DNA of 64,000 nucleotides from an uncultured Planctomycetaceae bacterium (GCA_963815195.1 CAWFGE010000013.1:320001-384000); one strand, 5' to 3'. Counted from the stretch's first letter, positions 11,714 through 21,816 are shown. Notes: generated from the sequence alone by a model not told the origin. Program-made: numbers and translations.

Positions 11714-12475
11714 ATGGTCGAAGAGGCGATTCGTATTCTGGTGGTGGACGATGAGCCGGGCATGCGGAAGTCCCTCGCGGACATCCTGCTCGATGAGGGT
11801 TACGTGGTCGAGGTCGCGGAGGACGGCCTCCAAGCGGTCGAGCTTTGCTCCCAAAGCGCCTTCGACGTGGTCATTATGGATGTGCGGATGCCGGGCTTGG
11901 ATGGGGTGGAGGCCTTTCGGCGAATCCGCACCCACCGCAGCGGGACCCGCGTCATCTTGATGAGCGCCTTCGGCGTGGACGAATTGAAATACGAGGCCCT
12001 CGACGAAGGAGCGATCGCGTTTTTGGAAAAGCCCTTGGACATCGACGCCGTGGTGGATCTAATTGAAAACGCCTCCGACACCGCCGTGCTGGTTGTCGAG
12101 CCCGAAGTGGTGCTGCAAACGCAACTTCACGATTCCCTCAAGGCCCACCGCTACCGCGTCACGACGGCCGCCTCCCCGCATGATGCCTTGAAGCTTTTGG
12201 AGCAGATCCGTTTCGACATCATTTTGATCGACATCGACTTGCCCGCGATGAGCGGGCTGGATCTGTATCTGGCCATCAAACGCCTGACCCCGGCTTCGCT
12301 CGCGATCATGATTTCCGGGGCCGAGGAAGAATTTCTGGAACTCGCCCAAAAAGCCGTCGATCAAACGGCCTACACCTTCGTGCAAAAGCCGTTGGACATC
12401 GAGCACTTGCTGCACGTGTTGGAACGCATCCACCAGCAGCAACTCTCCAAAGCCCTGAAGAAACCGCAAAACTGA
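11714..12475 (+). CDS. Response regulator with two receiver domains and no output domain
   Basis: LVVDDE..IMDVRMP..EKP followed by VLVVEPE..LIDIDLP..QKP. Confidence 0.9.
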   Translation: MVEEAIRILVVDDEPGMRKSLADILLDEGYVVEVAEDGLQAVELCSQSAFDVVIMDVRMPGLDGVEAFRRIRTHRSGTRVILMSAFGVDELKYEALDEGAIAFLEKPLDIDAVVDLIENASDTAVLVVEPEVVLQTQLHDSLKAHRYRVTTAASPHDALKLLEQIRFDIILIDIDLPAMSGLDLYLAIKRLTPASLAIMISGAEEEFLELAQKAVDQTAYTFVQKPLDIEHLLHVLERIHQQQLSKALKKPQN

Positions 12476-12486
12476 CGGGGCTTCCG

Positions 12487-13401
12487 CTACGAAGCCGACG
12501 GAGACAGGCCCGCGTTTTGCAGTTCTCGCTCCAGCTCCGCCAAGATCTCGAGCGGCGGGGGAAGCATCGGGGCGCGGGGGTGCGTGCCGTCGTAGCCCAG
12601 CCAGTTCATCGCGGCTTTGACGCCGCCGGCTCCATATTTCAGCATCACGGCGTCGATGCGTTGAATCTTCTCCTGAAGTGGCCGGGCCTCGTCGTGGCGT
12701 TGGCTCATGCCCATTTGCAGGAGTTCATAAAGAGCCGCGGGCCAGACGTTCGCAAAGGCGGTGGTCGTGCCGTTACAGCCGATCAACGTGCCGTGCAGGA
12801 TCAGGCTGCCGTTGCAAATCCAAAACCGCTTGTCGGAGGCGACGTGCCGGCGGACGTTCGCTTCGAACCGCACATCGTGATCGGTGACGTAGCCGAACAC
12901 GTTGTCCCGGTTGACGATCTCGCCGATGACTTCCGCAGTCGCCGCCGGCACGCCGACCGAACCGAACCGCTCCGGATTCGACTGGTGCATCACCAACACC
13001 GGCAGCGGACACCGCGGCACGACCTGCTCGAAATACCGGAGCGCCGCCGATTCATATCGGGGAATCCGCACGCGGACCATTTCCGCTCCGACATCGGCAA
13101 AGGCCTCGGCCCGCCGCAGCGTTTCGGTGACCGACGGGCAATCGATCCCGCCCATCAAAAACCGCTTCTCATCGAGGCTTTGGGCAATCGTGCAGGCGAT
13201 GGCGAGCTTTTCCTGTTCGCTCAGAAACCATTCCTCGCCCGTGGCCGTGCCCACGGTCAATCCCGCGGCCGGCGTTTTCAGCCACCGGGCGACATTCCGG
13301 CCGAGCGCCTCGTGGTCCACGCGGTCCTTATCGTCAAACGGCGTGGAAACGGGAATCGCGACAATGGGATCCGTTGCGGGAATCGGCATGATGTTTTCCA
13401 T
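12487..13401 (-). CDS. Dihydrodipicolinate synthase / class I aldolase-fold protein with atypical active site
   Basis: TPFDDKDRVD, GTATGE, GGVKAAM and PRAP motifs. Confidence 0.8.
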   Translation of the reverse strand: MENIMPIPATDPIVAIPVSTPFDDKDRVDHEALGRNVARWLKTPAAGLTVGTATGEEWFLSEQEKLAIACTIAQSLDEKRFLMGGIDCPSVTETLRRAEAFADVGAEMVRVRIPRYESAALRYFEQVVPRCPLPVLVMHQSNPERFGSVGVPAATAEVIGEIVNRDNVFGYVTDHDVRFEANVRRHVASDKRFWICNGSLILHGTLIGCNGTTTAFANVWPAALYELLQMGMSQRHDEARPLQEKIQRIDAVMLKYGAGGVKAAMNWLGYDGTHPRAPMLPPPLEILAELERELQNAGLSPSAS

Positions 13402-13552
13402 CCAAGCTGGCGAGCGGTTGGCAGTTGTCCCCAGTGTAGCCAGGACCGATCCGCTCCGAAATCGTAATTGGAGTTGGATTTTGTTATCATCCGGTCGTCC
13501 TTGAGAGAACCATGTCACCCGCGAACCCGCCGCATTCCCAAGGGAGCGACAC

Positions 13553-13783
13553 ATGACGATGACCGTAGCCGAACTTTGCCTGAAACATCAACTCACCATC
13601 GCGCAATTGGCGGAGCAATCGGGCCTGGCGGAAGACCGCGTGACCGCCATCGCGTTGGGCCGCTGGACCCCGAGCCCTGCGGAGCGAACCCAAATCGCCC
13701 AGGTGTTCGGCGTCGAGAAGGAAGAGATCTCCTGGGGCCACACAACGCCGATCCAGCACATCTACGGCCACGGCCCAGGCTAA
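13553..13783 (+). CDS. Small XRE-type helix-turn-helix protein
   Basis: LTIAQLAEQSGL..IALGRWTPS pattern; GGGAG upstream. Confidence 0.8.
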   Translation: MTMTVAELCLKHQLTIAQLAEQSGLAEDRVTAIALGRWTPSPAERTQIAQVFGVEKEEISWGHTTPIQHIYGHGPG

Positions 13784-13787
13784 TCAA

Positions 13788-13813
13788 GGCGAGCGGCCGG
13801 CGTAAGCCGGCCG
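13788..13813. repeat. REP-like palindrome, family B variant (GGCGAGCGGCCGGCGTAAGCCGGCCG)
   Basis: Same GGCGAGCG-stem-CGTAAG-stem layout as copies at 32912, 47091 and 48832. Confidence 0.7.
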
Positions 13814-13851
13814 ATGGCGCACAACAAAGAACCGTTTCCTATTCAAGAGAA

Positions 13852-14925
13852 TCACGGCGCTGACGTCGCCCGGTCGCGCGATTCGATCGAAACCATCTCC
13901 TGCGTCTTCGCGGATTGGAGCAACGCCAGCACCGCTTGGACGCCGGCTCGACCGTCTGCGGGCGTGCCCTCGCCGCCCGGTGGGCCCTGGATGGAGTTGA
14001 CGAAGGCCTGCATCTGATCGCAGTAGGCCTGCATGCGGTTCATCGCGAAGGCGGAGTGGGAATCCTCGTGGCCCACGGGCGGCTGCTCGTAAACGGTTTC
14101 GATCTCTCCGTCTTTCCCCAACTGCAAGAGGCCGTAGGGGTCGAGATCGATCACGCCCTCGTCGCCCATCATGCGAAAGCGGAACGCCTCGCCGGCAAAT
14201 CCCGGAGCCGGCAGCACGCTCGACGACCAGAACGTCGCCATGGTTTGGTTGGAAAATGACAAAAGCGCCATCGTCGTGTTTTCGTTGGGGTTTTCTTCGC
14301 GGAAGGTTCCCGACTGGGCGGCGACCGTTTGAAGCTCGCTGCCCAGCCACCACCGGCAGAGATCGATGTTATGCGGTCCGCTGTTGATCAGGTGGGCCAG
14401 GCTCCGCGGATCGCGCCACCAGCCCCAATCGCCCCCGAAGCCGGCGTCGTGCCGCATCGAAGTGATGTCGAACAGGGCTGACATCTGAATGCACCGCACG
14501 GCTCCGATGGCTCCCGACTGAATCAACTCCCGCGCCCGACGGTTCGATTCACGAAACCGCTGATGATAACCCACCGACAATACCAGGCCGCGTTTTTGAA
14601 ACTCGGCCGTCATCCGGTCGCAGTCTTCCACGGACGTCGCCATCGGCTTTTCCACCAAAACGTGCTTCCCCGCGTTCGCGGCAGCCAGCGCTTGTTCGCA
14701 GTGCACATGATGCGGGGTGGCGATCACGACGGCGTCCACATCCTCGCGGCCCACGAGTGCCCGCACGTCCGGTTCCACGTCCAAACCGTAATCCTCCGCC
14801 AGTTGTTGCGCCCGGCGGCCGCCTGTGACGGCGGCGGGGGTCGTCGAACCCAATTTGCTCGCCGCATCCACGTGCGTGCGGCCCATGAAACCCGATCCGA
14901 TGAAACCCAATCTGATGCTGGACAT
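13852..14925 (-). CDS. Gfo/Idh/MocA family oxidoreductase
   Basis: GSGFMG, ATPHHVH and VEKPMA motifs. Confidence 0.92.
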   Translation of the reverse strand: MSSIRLGFIGSGFMGRTHVDAASKLGSTTPAAVTGGRRAQQLAEDYGLDVEPDVRALVGREDVDAVVIATPHHVHCEQALAAANAGKHVLVEKPMATSVEDCDRMTAEFQKRGLVLSVGYHQRFRESNRRARELIQSGAIGAVRCIQMSALFDITSMRHDAGFGGDWGWWRDPRSLAHLINSGPHNIDLCRWWLGSELQTVAAQSGTFREENPNENTTMALLSFSNQTMATFWSSSVLPAPGFAGEAFRFRMMGDEGVIDLDPYGLLQLGKDGEIETVYEQPPVGHEDSHSAFAMNRMQAYCDQMQAFVNSIQGPPGGEGTPADGRAGVQAVLALLQSAKTQEMVSIESRDRATSAP

Positions 14926-15052
14926 GGTGGCGCGATTCCGGTTGGACAGGAAGGTTTTTGACGGCAGGCTTTTTTCTCGGCCTCATTCTGCGCAAAATCG
15001 GACGGGAACGCCAACCTTGCCAATCCGTTTGTTCGCGAGAAAGCTGCCCGGC

Positions 15053-16786
15053 ATGAAACGGCTTTTGATTTTGGTCTTGATGATCGTCCTGTGGAGTGCG
15101 GCTCCTTGCGGAGCGGCCGAGTCCGCGGGGAAGGCGGAGGCCTCGAAGCCCGCGGGCCTCGCGCCCATCGATTGGGCGATCATCGCGACGTATGCCGCCG
15201 CGACCATCGGCTTAGGCTGGTACTACGGCCGAAAGCAGGAATCCACGCAGGAGTACTTCACCGGCACCGGGCATATGAATGCGGTGCTCATCGGCGTTTC
15301 GCTGTTCGCGACGCTCTTGAGCACGATTTCGTATCTGTCGATGCCCGGCGAATCGCTGGGCAAGGGCCCGGGCTACATGGCCAGTTATCTCGCTCTGCCC
15401 TTTGTGTTCGTCGTCGTGGCTTACGGGTTGTTGCCCGTTTATATGCGGGAGCGCGTCACCAGTGCTTACGAATTGCTGGAAGCCCGGCTCGGCTTGAGCA
15501 TCCGCCTGTTGGGGGCCGGGATGTTCATCGTGCTGCGGTTGGTGTGGATGTCGCTGTTGATTTACCTGACCGCGAAGGCCTTGGCGATCATGATCGGCGT
15601 GTCGAAAGAGGCCATCCCCTGGATCGCCTGCGCGACGGGGCTGGTGGCGGTGATTTACACTTCCATGGGCGGACTGCGAGCCGTGGTCATCACCGACTTG
15701 ATGCAAACGATCCTGCTTTATGGCGGTGCCCTGTTGGTGCTCGGGACCATCAGCTACGACCTCGGGGGCTTCGGCTGGATTCCCACGCGGTGGAACCCCA
15801 AATGGGACACGCAGCCGCTTTTCAGTACCGACCCCGCGACGCGGGTGACCTTGGTCGGGGCGTGGCTCAGCTTTTTCGTGTGGAACGTCTGCACGTCCGG
15901 AGGCGATCAGACCTCCGTGCAGCGGTTCATGGCCACTGCGGATGTCCACTCCGCCCGGCGGGCCGTCGCCACGCAATTTCTGATCACATTGATCGTGGCG
16001 ATGACGTTGGCCTTGGTGGGGTTTGCGATGTTGGCCTACTTCGAAGCCCATCCGGAGCGGCTGCCCGAATACTTGTCGCTCAAAGCCAATGCCGACCAGA
16101 TTTTCCCGCACTTCATCGCTTACGAACTGCCCGTTGGCATTTCGGGGTTGGTGGTGGCGGCGATGTTCGCCGCGGCGATGTCCAGCATCGACTCGGGCGT
16201 CAACTCCATCACGGCGGTCGTGGTGACCGACCTGTTCGACCGCTTCGGCCGCGCTCCGAAAACCGAACGCGGCCACGTGCGGATCGCCCGCTGGATGGCG
16301 TTCGGCATCGGGGCGTTCGTCGTCCTGTGCAGTTCCTTGATGGAGCACGTGCCCGGCAACATCACGGCGGTCACGCAAAAGACCTCGAACCTGCTGACCA
16401 CGCCGATCTTCGGGTTGTTCTTCTTCGCTTTGTTCGTCCCGTTCGCCAGCCCCAAGGGCGTCTGGACCGGAGCGGTCTGCGGGACATTGACGGCGGCGGG
16501 GATTGCCTTTTCCGGTCCGCTGGTCGTGTTGTTGGCTACGCGGTTCGGCGTGGACCCTGCCCAGTTCGGCGTGGAACTGATGACCAAAATCGACCCGGCG
16601 ACCCAGGCCGAAACCCTGGTGAGCGCCATTCGCGAATTGAACCCGCAAACCGGACGGCTCGAACTCGTTGAGCGCGACCCCATCAGCTTCCAGTGGATCG
16701 CCCCGGCCGCGATTTCGGTCAACATCATTACCGGCACCTTGGGCAGCGTGCTCTTCCCGCGCAAAACCCCGGATGCGGAGATATGA
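15053..16786 (+). CDS. Sodium:solute symporter (SSS family)
   Basis: SLFATLLSTISY, GGLRAVVITD, DQTSVQRF and AAAMSSIDSGVNS motifs; many TM helices. Confidence 0.92.
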   Translation: MKRLLILVLMIVLWSAAPCGAAESAGKAEASKPAGLAPIDWAIIATYAAATIGLGWYYGRKQESTQEYFTGTGHMNAVLIGVSLFATLLSTISYLSMPGESLGKGPGYMASYLALPFVFVVVAYGLLPVYMRERVTSAYELLEARLGLSIRLLGAGMFIVLRLVWMSLLIYLTAKALAIMIGVSKEAIPWIACATGLVAVIYTSMGGLRAVVITDLMQTILLYGGALLVLGTISYDLGGFGWIPTRWNPKWDTQPLFSTDPATRVTLVGAWLSFFVWNVCTSGGDQTSVQRFMATADVHSARRAVATQFLITLIVAMTLALVGFAMLAYFEAHPERLPEYLSLKANADQIFPHFIAYELPVGISGLVVAAMFAAAMSSIDSGVNSITAVVVTDLFDRFGRAPKTERGHVRIARWMAFGIGAFVVLCSSLMEHVPGNITAVTQKTSNLLTTPIFGLFFFALFVPFASPKGVWTGAVCGTLTAAGIAFSGPLVVLLATRFGVDPAQFGVELMTKIDPATQAETLVSAIRELNPQTGRLELVERDPISFQWIAPAAISVNIITGTLGSVLFPRKTPDAEI

Positions 16787-16827
16787 TAGAGACCACCGAC
16801 ACAAAATTTATGCGGGAATGCTAAACC

Positions 16828-19118
16828 ATGCTCGAACGGCGAGAGTTCTTAAGCGGATTGACCTCGATGGGCCTGGGATTCAGCCTCTTCCCGCTGCGGC
16901 CATCGATCGGAGCCGCCCCGAAGCCGGCCCGGTTGGCACCGGCGATGCCCGGCGAGGGTGTCTTTGCGTACCTCCGCCGGACCGGGCGAGGCCGCGATCA
17001 AGATTTGTACAGATGGATTCTGGGAGCCGCCAACGAATTCAAGGAAGGCGATCAGATTGTCGGGATCGCCGCTTTGAATGAGGGCGAGCGCCGCGAAGCC
17101 CGCCGGTTGTTGGCGGCGACGCGGATTGCCGACCTCAATAAGCGTCCGGTGTTTGGGGATCGATTCTACGACTTCATCACGAAGGATCCTGGCGCCAACG
17201 CGGTGCAAAGCCCGGCCGAAATGACGTTGGGCGATCTGAAGGCGTTTCTGCTGCATCGAGAGGAGCCGGACGTCAAATCTCTGGCGGCCGGCCTGTCCAG
17301 CGATGTGATCGGCTGCGTCGTCAAGCTCATGTCGAATGAGGAGTTGATCGCCGTCGGCGCGAAGGTTTTTCATCCTCTGCCCGGAAGCCAAATCGGGGCC
17401 AAAGGGTATCTCGGCGCACGAATCCAGCCCAACTCGCCGACCGATCACGTGGAGGACATTCGCTGGCAGGTTTTGGACGGCTGGGCCTATGCGGTGGGGG
17501 ACGTGGTGCTGGGGACCAATCCCGTGTCCAGCGACCCCAAGTCCGTGGCCGCGGTGGAAGAGACACTCAAAGATTTGCTCAAGACCTTCGGCCTCGAAGA
17601 CGTTCTCCCGCACTGCGTGCTTTCGCACATCGACGTGCAGGCGAAAGTCGAGGAGCAGCATCCCGGCAGCACGGCGATCTGGTTTCAGAGCATCGCCGGC
17701 TGCGACACCGCAAACGCGACCTTCGACATCAATCTCAAAAAAATGCTCGATTACACCCGCCGGCGGAAAGGGCGATACGGATTATACTTTGAAACCGGCC
17801 AAGGCGCGGATTTCACCAACGGCCACGCCCACGGATTCGACATGGTGCTTCACGAATCGCGGAAGTACGGATGGGCGAGATCCCTCAAACGCGTGCTCGC
17901 CGAGACCTTGAAAGAAGCCCGCGCCCCTTTGAGCCCTGGCTGCATCTGAACGATGTCGCGGGCTTTATCGGCCCGGAGGTGTTCCGCACCCGCGAACAGT
18001 TGGTCCGCTGCTGCCTGGAAGACATCGTGATGGGCAAGCTGCACGGCTTGTGCATCGGGCTGGATGTGTGCTCGACCTTGCACATGGACATTTCCTTGAG
18101 CGACCTGGATTGGTGCCTCGATCAAATCCTGCCGGCGAACCCGGCGTATCTGATGGCCCTTCCCACAAAAATCGATCCGATGCTGGGTTATTTGACGACC
18201 GGATTTCAAGACCACGTGCGGCTGCGGGAGAAGTTCGGCTACAAAGTCAACGACCGCATGGCCCGGTTCTTTCAGGAGTTGGGCGTGATCGATTCCCAAG
18301 GGCGGCCGACGCCGCACTTCGGCGATCCCCTGTGGGTGTTTTTGCAATACCGCCGGCGAAAAGGTGATGCCCGCAGCGATCAGGAACTCCTCGCCGAAGG
18401 AGCGGCGGAGATGGACGCCGTGCGCGGGCGGGGGCTGTTTCTCGCCCAAGGGCACGGCCCAAATCCCTGGGATATGAATCCCTCGCTGGAAAAGCAAATC
18501 CAGCGGATTTATGCGGACGCCAAAAAGTGCATCTGGACCGAATGGAATCCGAAATTCGTCGCTCAGATTCCCGAGGAGTTGCCGCTTTCCACCCGCTCCG
18601 CCGACCGCACCGATTACATTCTGCATCCCGAAACCGGCGAGCGACTTTCGCCAGAGTCCCAGGACAAACTGGCCCGGCTGCGAAAACAACATGCTGGACG
18701 GTACAACGTCCAGATTGTGATTTCAGACGGCCTCAATGCGCTCGCCCTTATGGATCCGGGACAACTCGCACCGTTTCTCGCGAAGCTGCGGGAGGAACTG
18801 GACGATGCCGATTACAAGACGGCCCCCGAACCCATCGTGCTCACGTCGGGGCGCGTGCGGGCCGGTTACCGGATCGGCGAGGCGCTGTTTGGATCGCTCC
18901 CAAATCCGCGGGCGGTCTTGCACATCATCGGCGAGCGTCCCGGCTCTGGGCACCATACGTTTTCCATCCACATCACCTCCACCACCGGTCAAACCTGGGG
19001 CCAACCTGGGAAGGTTGATCACAACATCACCAAAGTGGTGTCCGGCGTCGCGGTCACGGCCCTTTCGCCCGCCGCCGCCGCGGTGGAAACAGTCCGCCTG
19101 CTCAAAACGTTGATGTGA
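16828..19118 (+). CDS. eutBC: Ethanolamine ammonia-lyase, fused EutB-EutC, with Tat-like leader; frameshift near 17925
   Basis: EutB motifs RIQPNSPTD, YFETGQG, NDVAGFIGPE and LEDIVMGKL; EutC motifs VISDGL, GRVRAG and IIGERPG. Confidence 0.88.
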
Positions 19119-19164
19119 TATTCACGTCGTGTAATCGGCGTTCAGTTCGCCCGCTCGCGAATTC

Positions 19165-19539
19165 TCAAATCGCGTTTTGGTCGAAGAAACGCTGGATCGC
19201 ATTCAGTTTTTGTTCAAACTGTTCCAGTCTGACGTCAAGTTCCAACTGTTTTCCAGGTCTGGCCTCCTGAGCGTGTTGAATCCATTGGGACGACTTGCGG
19301 ACTAATGTACCGTATACAGGAATAAACGATCGAAACATGTCGAGATTATTTGTAAATCGATTCTTCAAGTATCTTCGCTCTTCGTCAGACTTTACACTCT
19401 TTGCACCGCTGTCATGATACAAATCCAGGACTTTGATGGTATCTAGCCGCAACCTTTCAATCTCGTCCGAATATTCCTTGATCAATTTGCATGCGGTCTC
19501 TGCAAATTCGTCTGAGACGGATTCAATATCAGTCGCCAT
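19165..19539 (-). CDS. Hypothetical alpha-helical protein
   Basis: 124-aa ORF in AT-rich islet, overlapping the stop of the upstream GTPase gene by 11 nt. Confidence 0.7.
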   Translation of the reverse strand: MATDIESVSDEFAETACKLIKEYSDEIERLRLDTIKVLDLYHDSGAKSVKSDEERRYLKNRFTNNLDMFRSFIPVYGTLVRKSSQWIQHAQEARPGKQLELDVRLEQFEQKLNAIQRFFDQNAI

Positions 19540-20374
19540 GTTTCTTCTCCCAATCCATCAATCCTTCGAGTTTATGTAGCAGGCTTTCCATGGACTTTTG
19601 TTGGTCGGACTGATCGTAACCCGCGACGGTTGGCTTTAACGTTTCGTCACGGCCTGTGACTAGATTTCTGATAACCAACGAGACAAAAGCGATTTCGTGC
19701 CGAAATTCGTGCGGTTGCTTTGAGCCCGCACACTTGGTGACGATATTTCGATATTTCCCAACGGAATAGTGATTTTCCGCCACGTCCCGTTCATTCCACC
19801 ACAAGTCTTGCTTGGTTACCAACGTCAGCAACCAAATCGTTTGATGGCACTTTTGGATCGCGTTGCAAAGCTTTTCAAAAACTTTTTCCTCAGCCTTCAG
19901 ACAGGCAGCAATATACTTATTGAGAAATTCTTCGAGGCCCTCGTCTTCCGAATAAAGCTTGTGGTTTTTGTAGCTGAAATCCCCAATCGTGTGATGTCCA
20001 TACGCCAGGACGAGTACAATTCCTCTGAAGTCGCCGTTTTTGACTTCCTCCAGAATCTGCGGCCAAGTTGAATCCATTCTTTTGGCTTGCCCGGGTGGAA
20101 CGACAATTTGGACTTTGGGATTGTCGCGGACTTCGTAAGATTCAACTTTTATGCTTTCGATATACTCCGTTAATCGAACGGCATCGTCTGATGCCGGCGG
20201 GCCGGCCAAAAAATGGCCAAGTGTCGTCTTGCCGACGCCACCAGGACCTATCACGAGGATTTTTCTTGGATCGTCTTCCTTTGTGAACCACGATGAGATT
20301 TTAGACCAGATTTGCCCTTTGTTTTTCCACAATTCTTTGATCGCTTCTTTCGTAAACCACTCTTCCAGCGCCAT
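19529..20374 (-). CDS. P-loop GTPase-like protein (small-GTPase-type motifs)
   Basis: G1 GPGGVGKT, G3-like VPPGQ, G4 TKQD; GAAGAGGA upstream of ATG. Confidence 0.75.
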   Translation of the reverse strand: MALEEWFTKEAIKELWKNKGQIWSKISSWFTKEDDPRKILVIGPGGVGKTTLGHFLAGPPASDDAVRLTEYIESIKVESYEVRDNPKVQIVVPPGQAKRMDSTWPQILEEVKNGDFRGIVLVLAYGHHTIGDFSYKNHKLYSEDEGLEEFLNKYIAACLKAEEKVFEKLCNAIQKCHQTIWLLTLVTKQDLWWNERDVAENHYSVGKYRNIVTKCAGSKQPHEFRHEIAFVSLVIRNLVTGRDETLKPTVAGYDQSDQQKSMESLLHKLEGLMDWEKKHGD

Positions 20375-20534
20375 TGTCGTCCTCTTCGGTTTTAGATTGA
20401 AAACAATCCTTGCTCTCAGGAGAACCAACAAGTAACACGAAATGCTTTTTTCGCTGAAGCGAACCGTTTCGATTCCAATCGACATCTTTAATTCAGTGTA
20501 TCAGACAAATGATTCGTCGTCATGGGAATTCTTC

Positions 20535-21794
20535 TCACGTCGTATAGTCCGCGTTCAAACGCACGTATTCCGCGGTGAGGTCGCTCGTCCAGAACCGCAC
20601 GCCCGCGTTGCCTTGGGAGAGGATGAGCTCGATGCTCGTTTCGCGGGTTTTTTTCAGGGACTGAGAAACGGCGGCGGCATCGAACGGCGTGGGTCGGCCA
20701 CTTTCGTAGAGCAGGGTGCCGTTTAGGCGGAGGGTGATCTCGGCTTCTTGAATCTCGACGCCGCTGTAGCCCACGGCGGAAACAATCCGGCCCCAGTTCG
20801 GATCGCCGCCGGCGATGGCGGTTTTGATCAGCGGCCCCTCGGCCACGGTTTTCGCAATGCGGTGCGCCTCTCCGCGGTTTCGGGCGCCCTGGACATCGAT
20901 CGTAATAAAATGCCCCGCGCCCTCGGCATCGCGAATGATCGCCTGGGCCAGTTCGGCGGAGAGAGAGTTGAGTGCAAGTTGAAACGGCGAGCCGACCAAC
21001 CTCCGGTCGGTGCCCGCGTAAGCCCCCTGGTTATTTCCACTGAAGGAACCGCTCTCTTTATTTTCATGACCAGGGGGCTTACGCCCCCCGCTCGCCAGGA
21101 GGATTACGGTGTCGCTGGTGCTCGTGTGGCCTTCGACGCTGATACAGTTGAAACTCTGATTCACCGCTTCCCGCAGCATGGCATCGGCCTCGGCGGGCGT
21201 GAGCGCTGCATCGGTCATAATCACCGAAAGCATCGTGGCCATGTTGGGGCCGATCATCGCTGCCCCCTTGGCCGCCCCGCTGATCCGCACGGTTGTTCCA
21301 GCGAGTTCCGCTTCCCGCACGGCTTGTTTGGAGACCGTGTCGGTCGTCATCATCGCCCGGGCCGCGTTGTGAAATGCCTCTGGAGTATCGGCCAGATGGG
21401 AAACCGCCAACGGAATGCCCGCCCCCAATTTCTCCAGCGGCAGAAACCGCCCGATGACGCCCGTCGAGCACACCAGGACATCTTCCGCGTCGCAGCCGAT
21501 TTGCTTGGCGAGTTCCGCGGTCATCCAGCGGGCGTCGTCTTCGCCCTTTTCGCCGGTGCAGGCGTTGGCATTGCCGGAGTTGATGATGACTGCCCGGGCC
21601 GAGCCTCGGGGAACCCGCGTCCGCGAGACCTTCACCGGGGCCCCGACGACTTTGTTCTGCGTGAACACCCCCGCCGCCGTGCAAGGCCCATCGGAGACGA
21701 AAATGGCCAGATCGAGCAACCCGGGATCAGGCTTCACCCCGCAATAGACCCCCGCGACGCGAAACCCTTGGGGCAATGGAAATGTCCCAGACAT
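20535..21794 (-). CDS. argJ: Bifunctional ornithine acetyltransferase / N-acetylglutamate synthase
   Basis: AGVFTQN, NSGNANACTG, KGAAMIGPNMATML and DPNWGR motifs; contains an in-frame repeat insertion. Confidence 0.95.
   Translation of the reverse strand: MSGTFPLPQGFRVAGVYCGVKPDPGLLDLAIFVSDGPCTAAGVFTQNKVVGAPVKVSRTRVPRGSARAVIINSGNANACTGEKGEDDARWMTAELAKQIGCDAEDVLVCSTGVIGRFLPLEKLGAGIPLAVSHLADTPEAFHNAARAMMTTDTVSKQAVREAELAGTTVRISGAAKGAAMIGPNMATMLSVIMTDAALTPAEADAMLREAVNQSFNCISVEGHTSTSDTVILLASGGRKPPGHENKESGSFSGNNQGAYAGTDRRLVGSPFQLALNSLSAELAQAIIRDAEGAGHFITIDVQGARNRGEAHRIAKTVAEGPLIKTAIAGGDPNWGRIVSAVGYSGVEIQEAEITLRLNGTLLYESGRPTPFDAAAVSQSLKKTRETSIELILSQGNAGVRFWTSDLTAEYVRLNADYTT
20986..21096. repeat. 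Family B REP doublet inside argJ, one arm interrupted by element C
   Basis: GGCGAGC-[CGACCAACCTCCGGTCGGTGCCC]-GCGTAAGCCCCCTGG ... CCAGGGGGCTTACGCCCCCCGCTCGCC. Confidence 0.85.
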
Positions 21795-21816
21795 CAGCAC
21801 GATCCAAGAAAAAGGC

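Noticed and set aside
14930..16828. Cobalamin riboswitch ahead of the symporter/eutBC genes
   Set aside because: The intergenic gaps are short and no B12-box-like sequence was recognised.
17900..17950. Programmed frameshift or natural eutB/eutC gene boundary
   Set aside because: The break falls inside EutB, before NDVAGFIGPE. There is no clear slippery site, and similar indels occur throughout the window.
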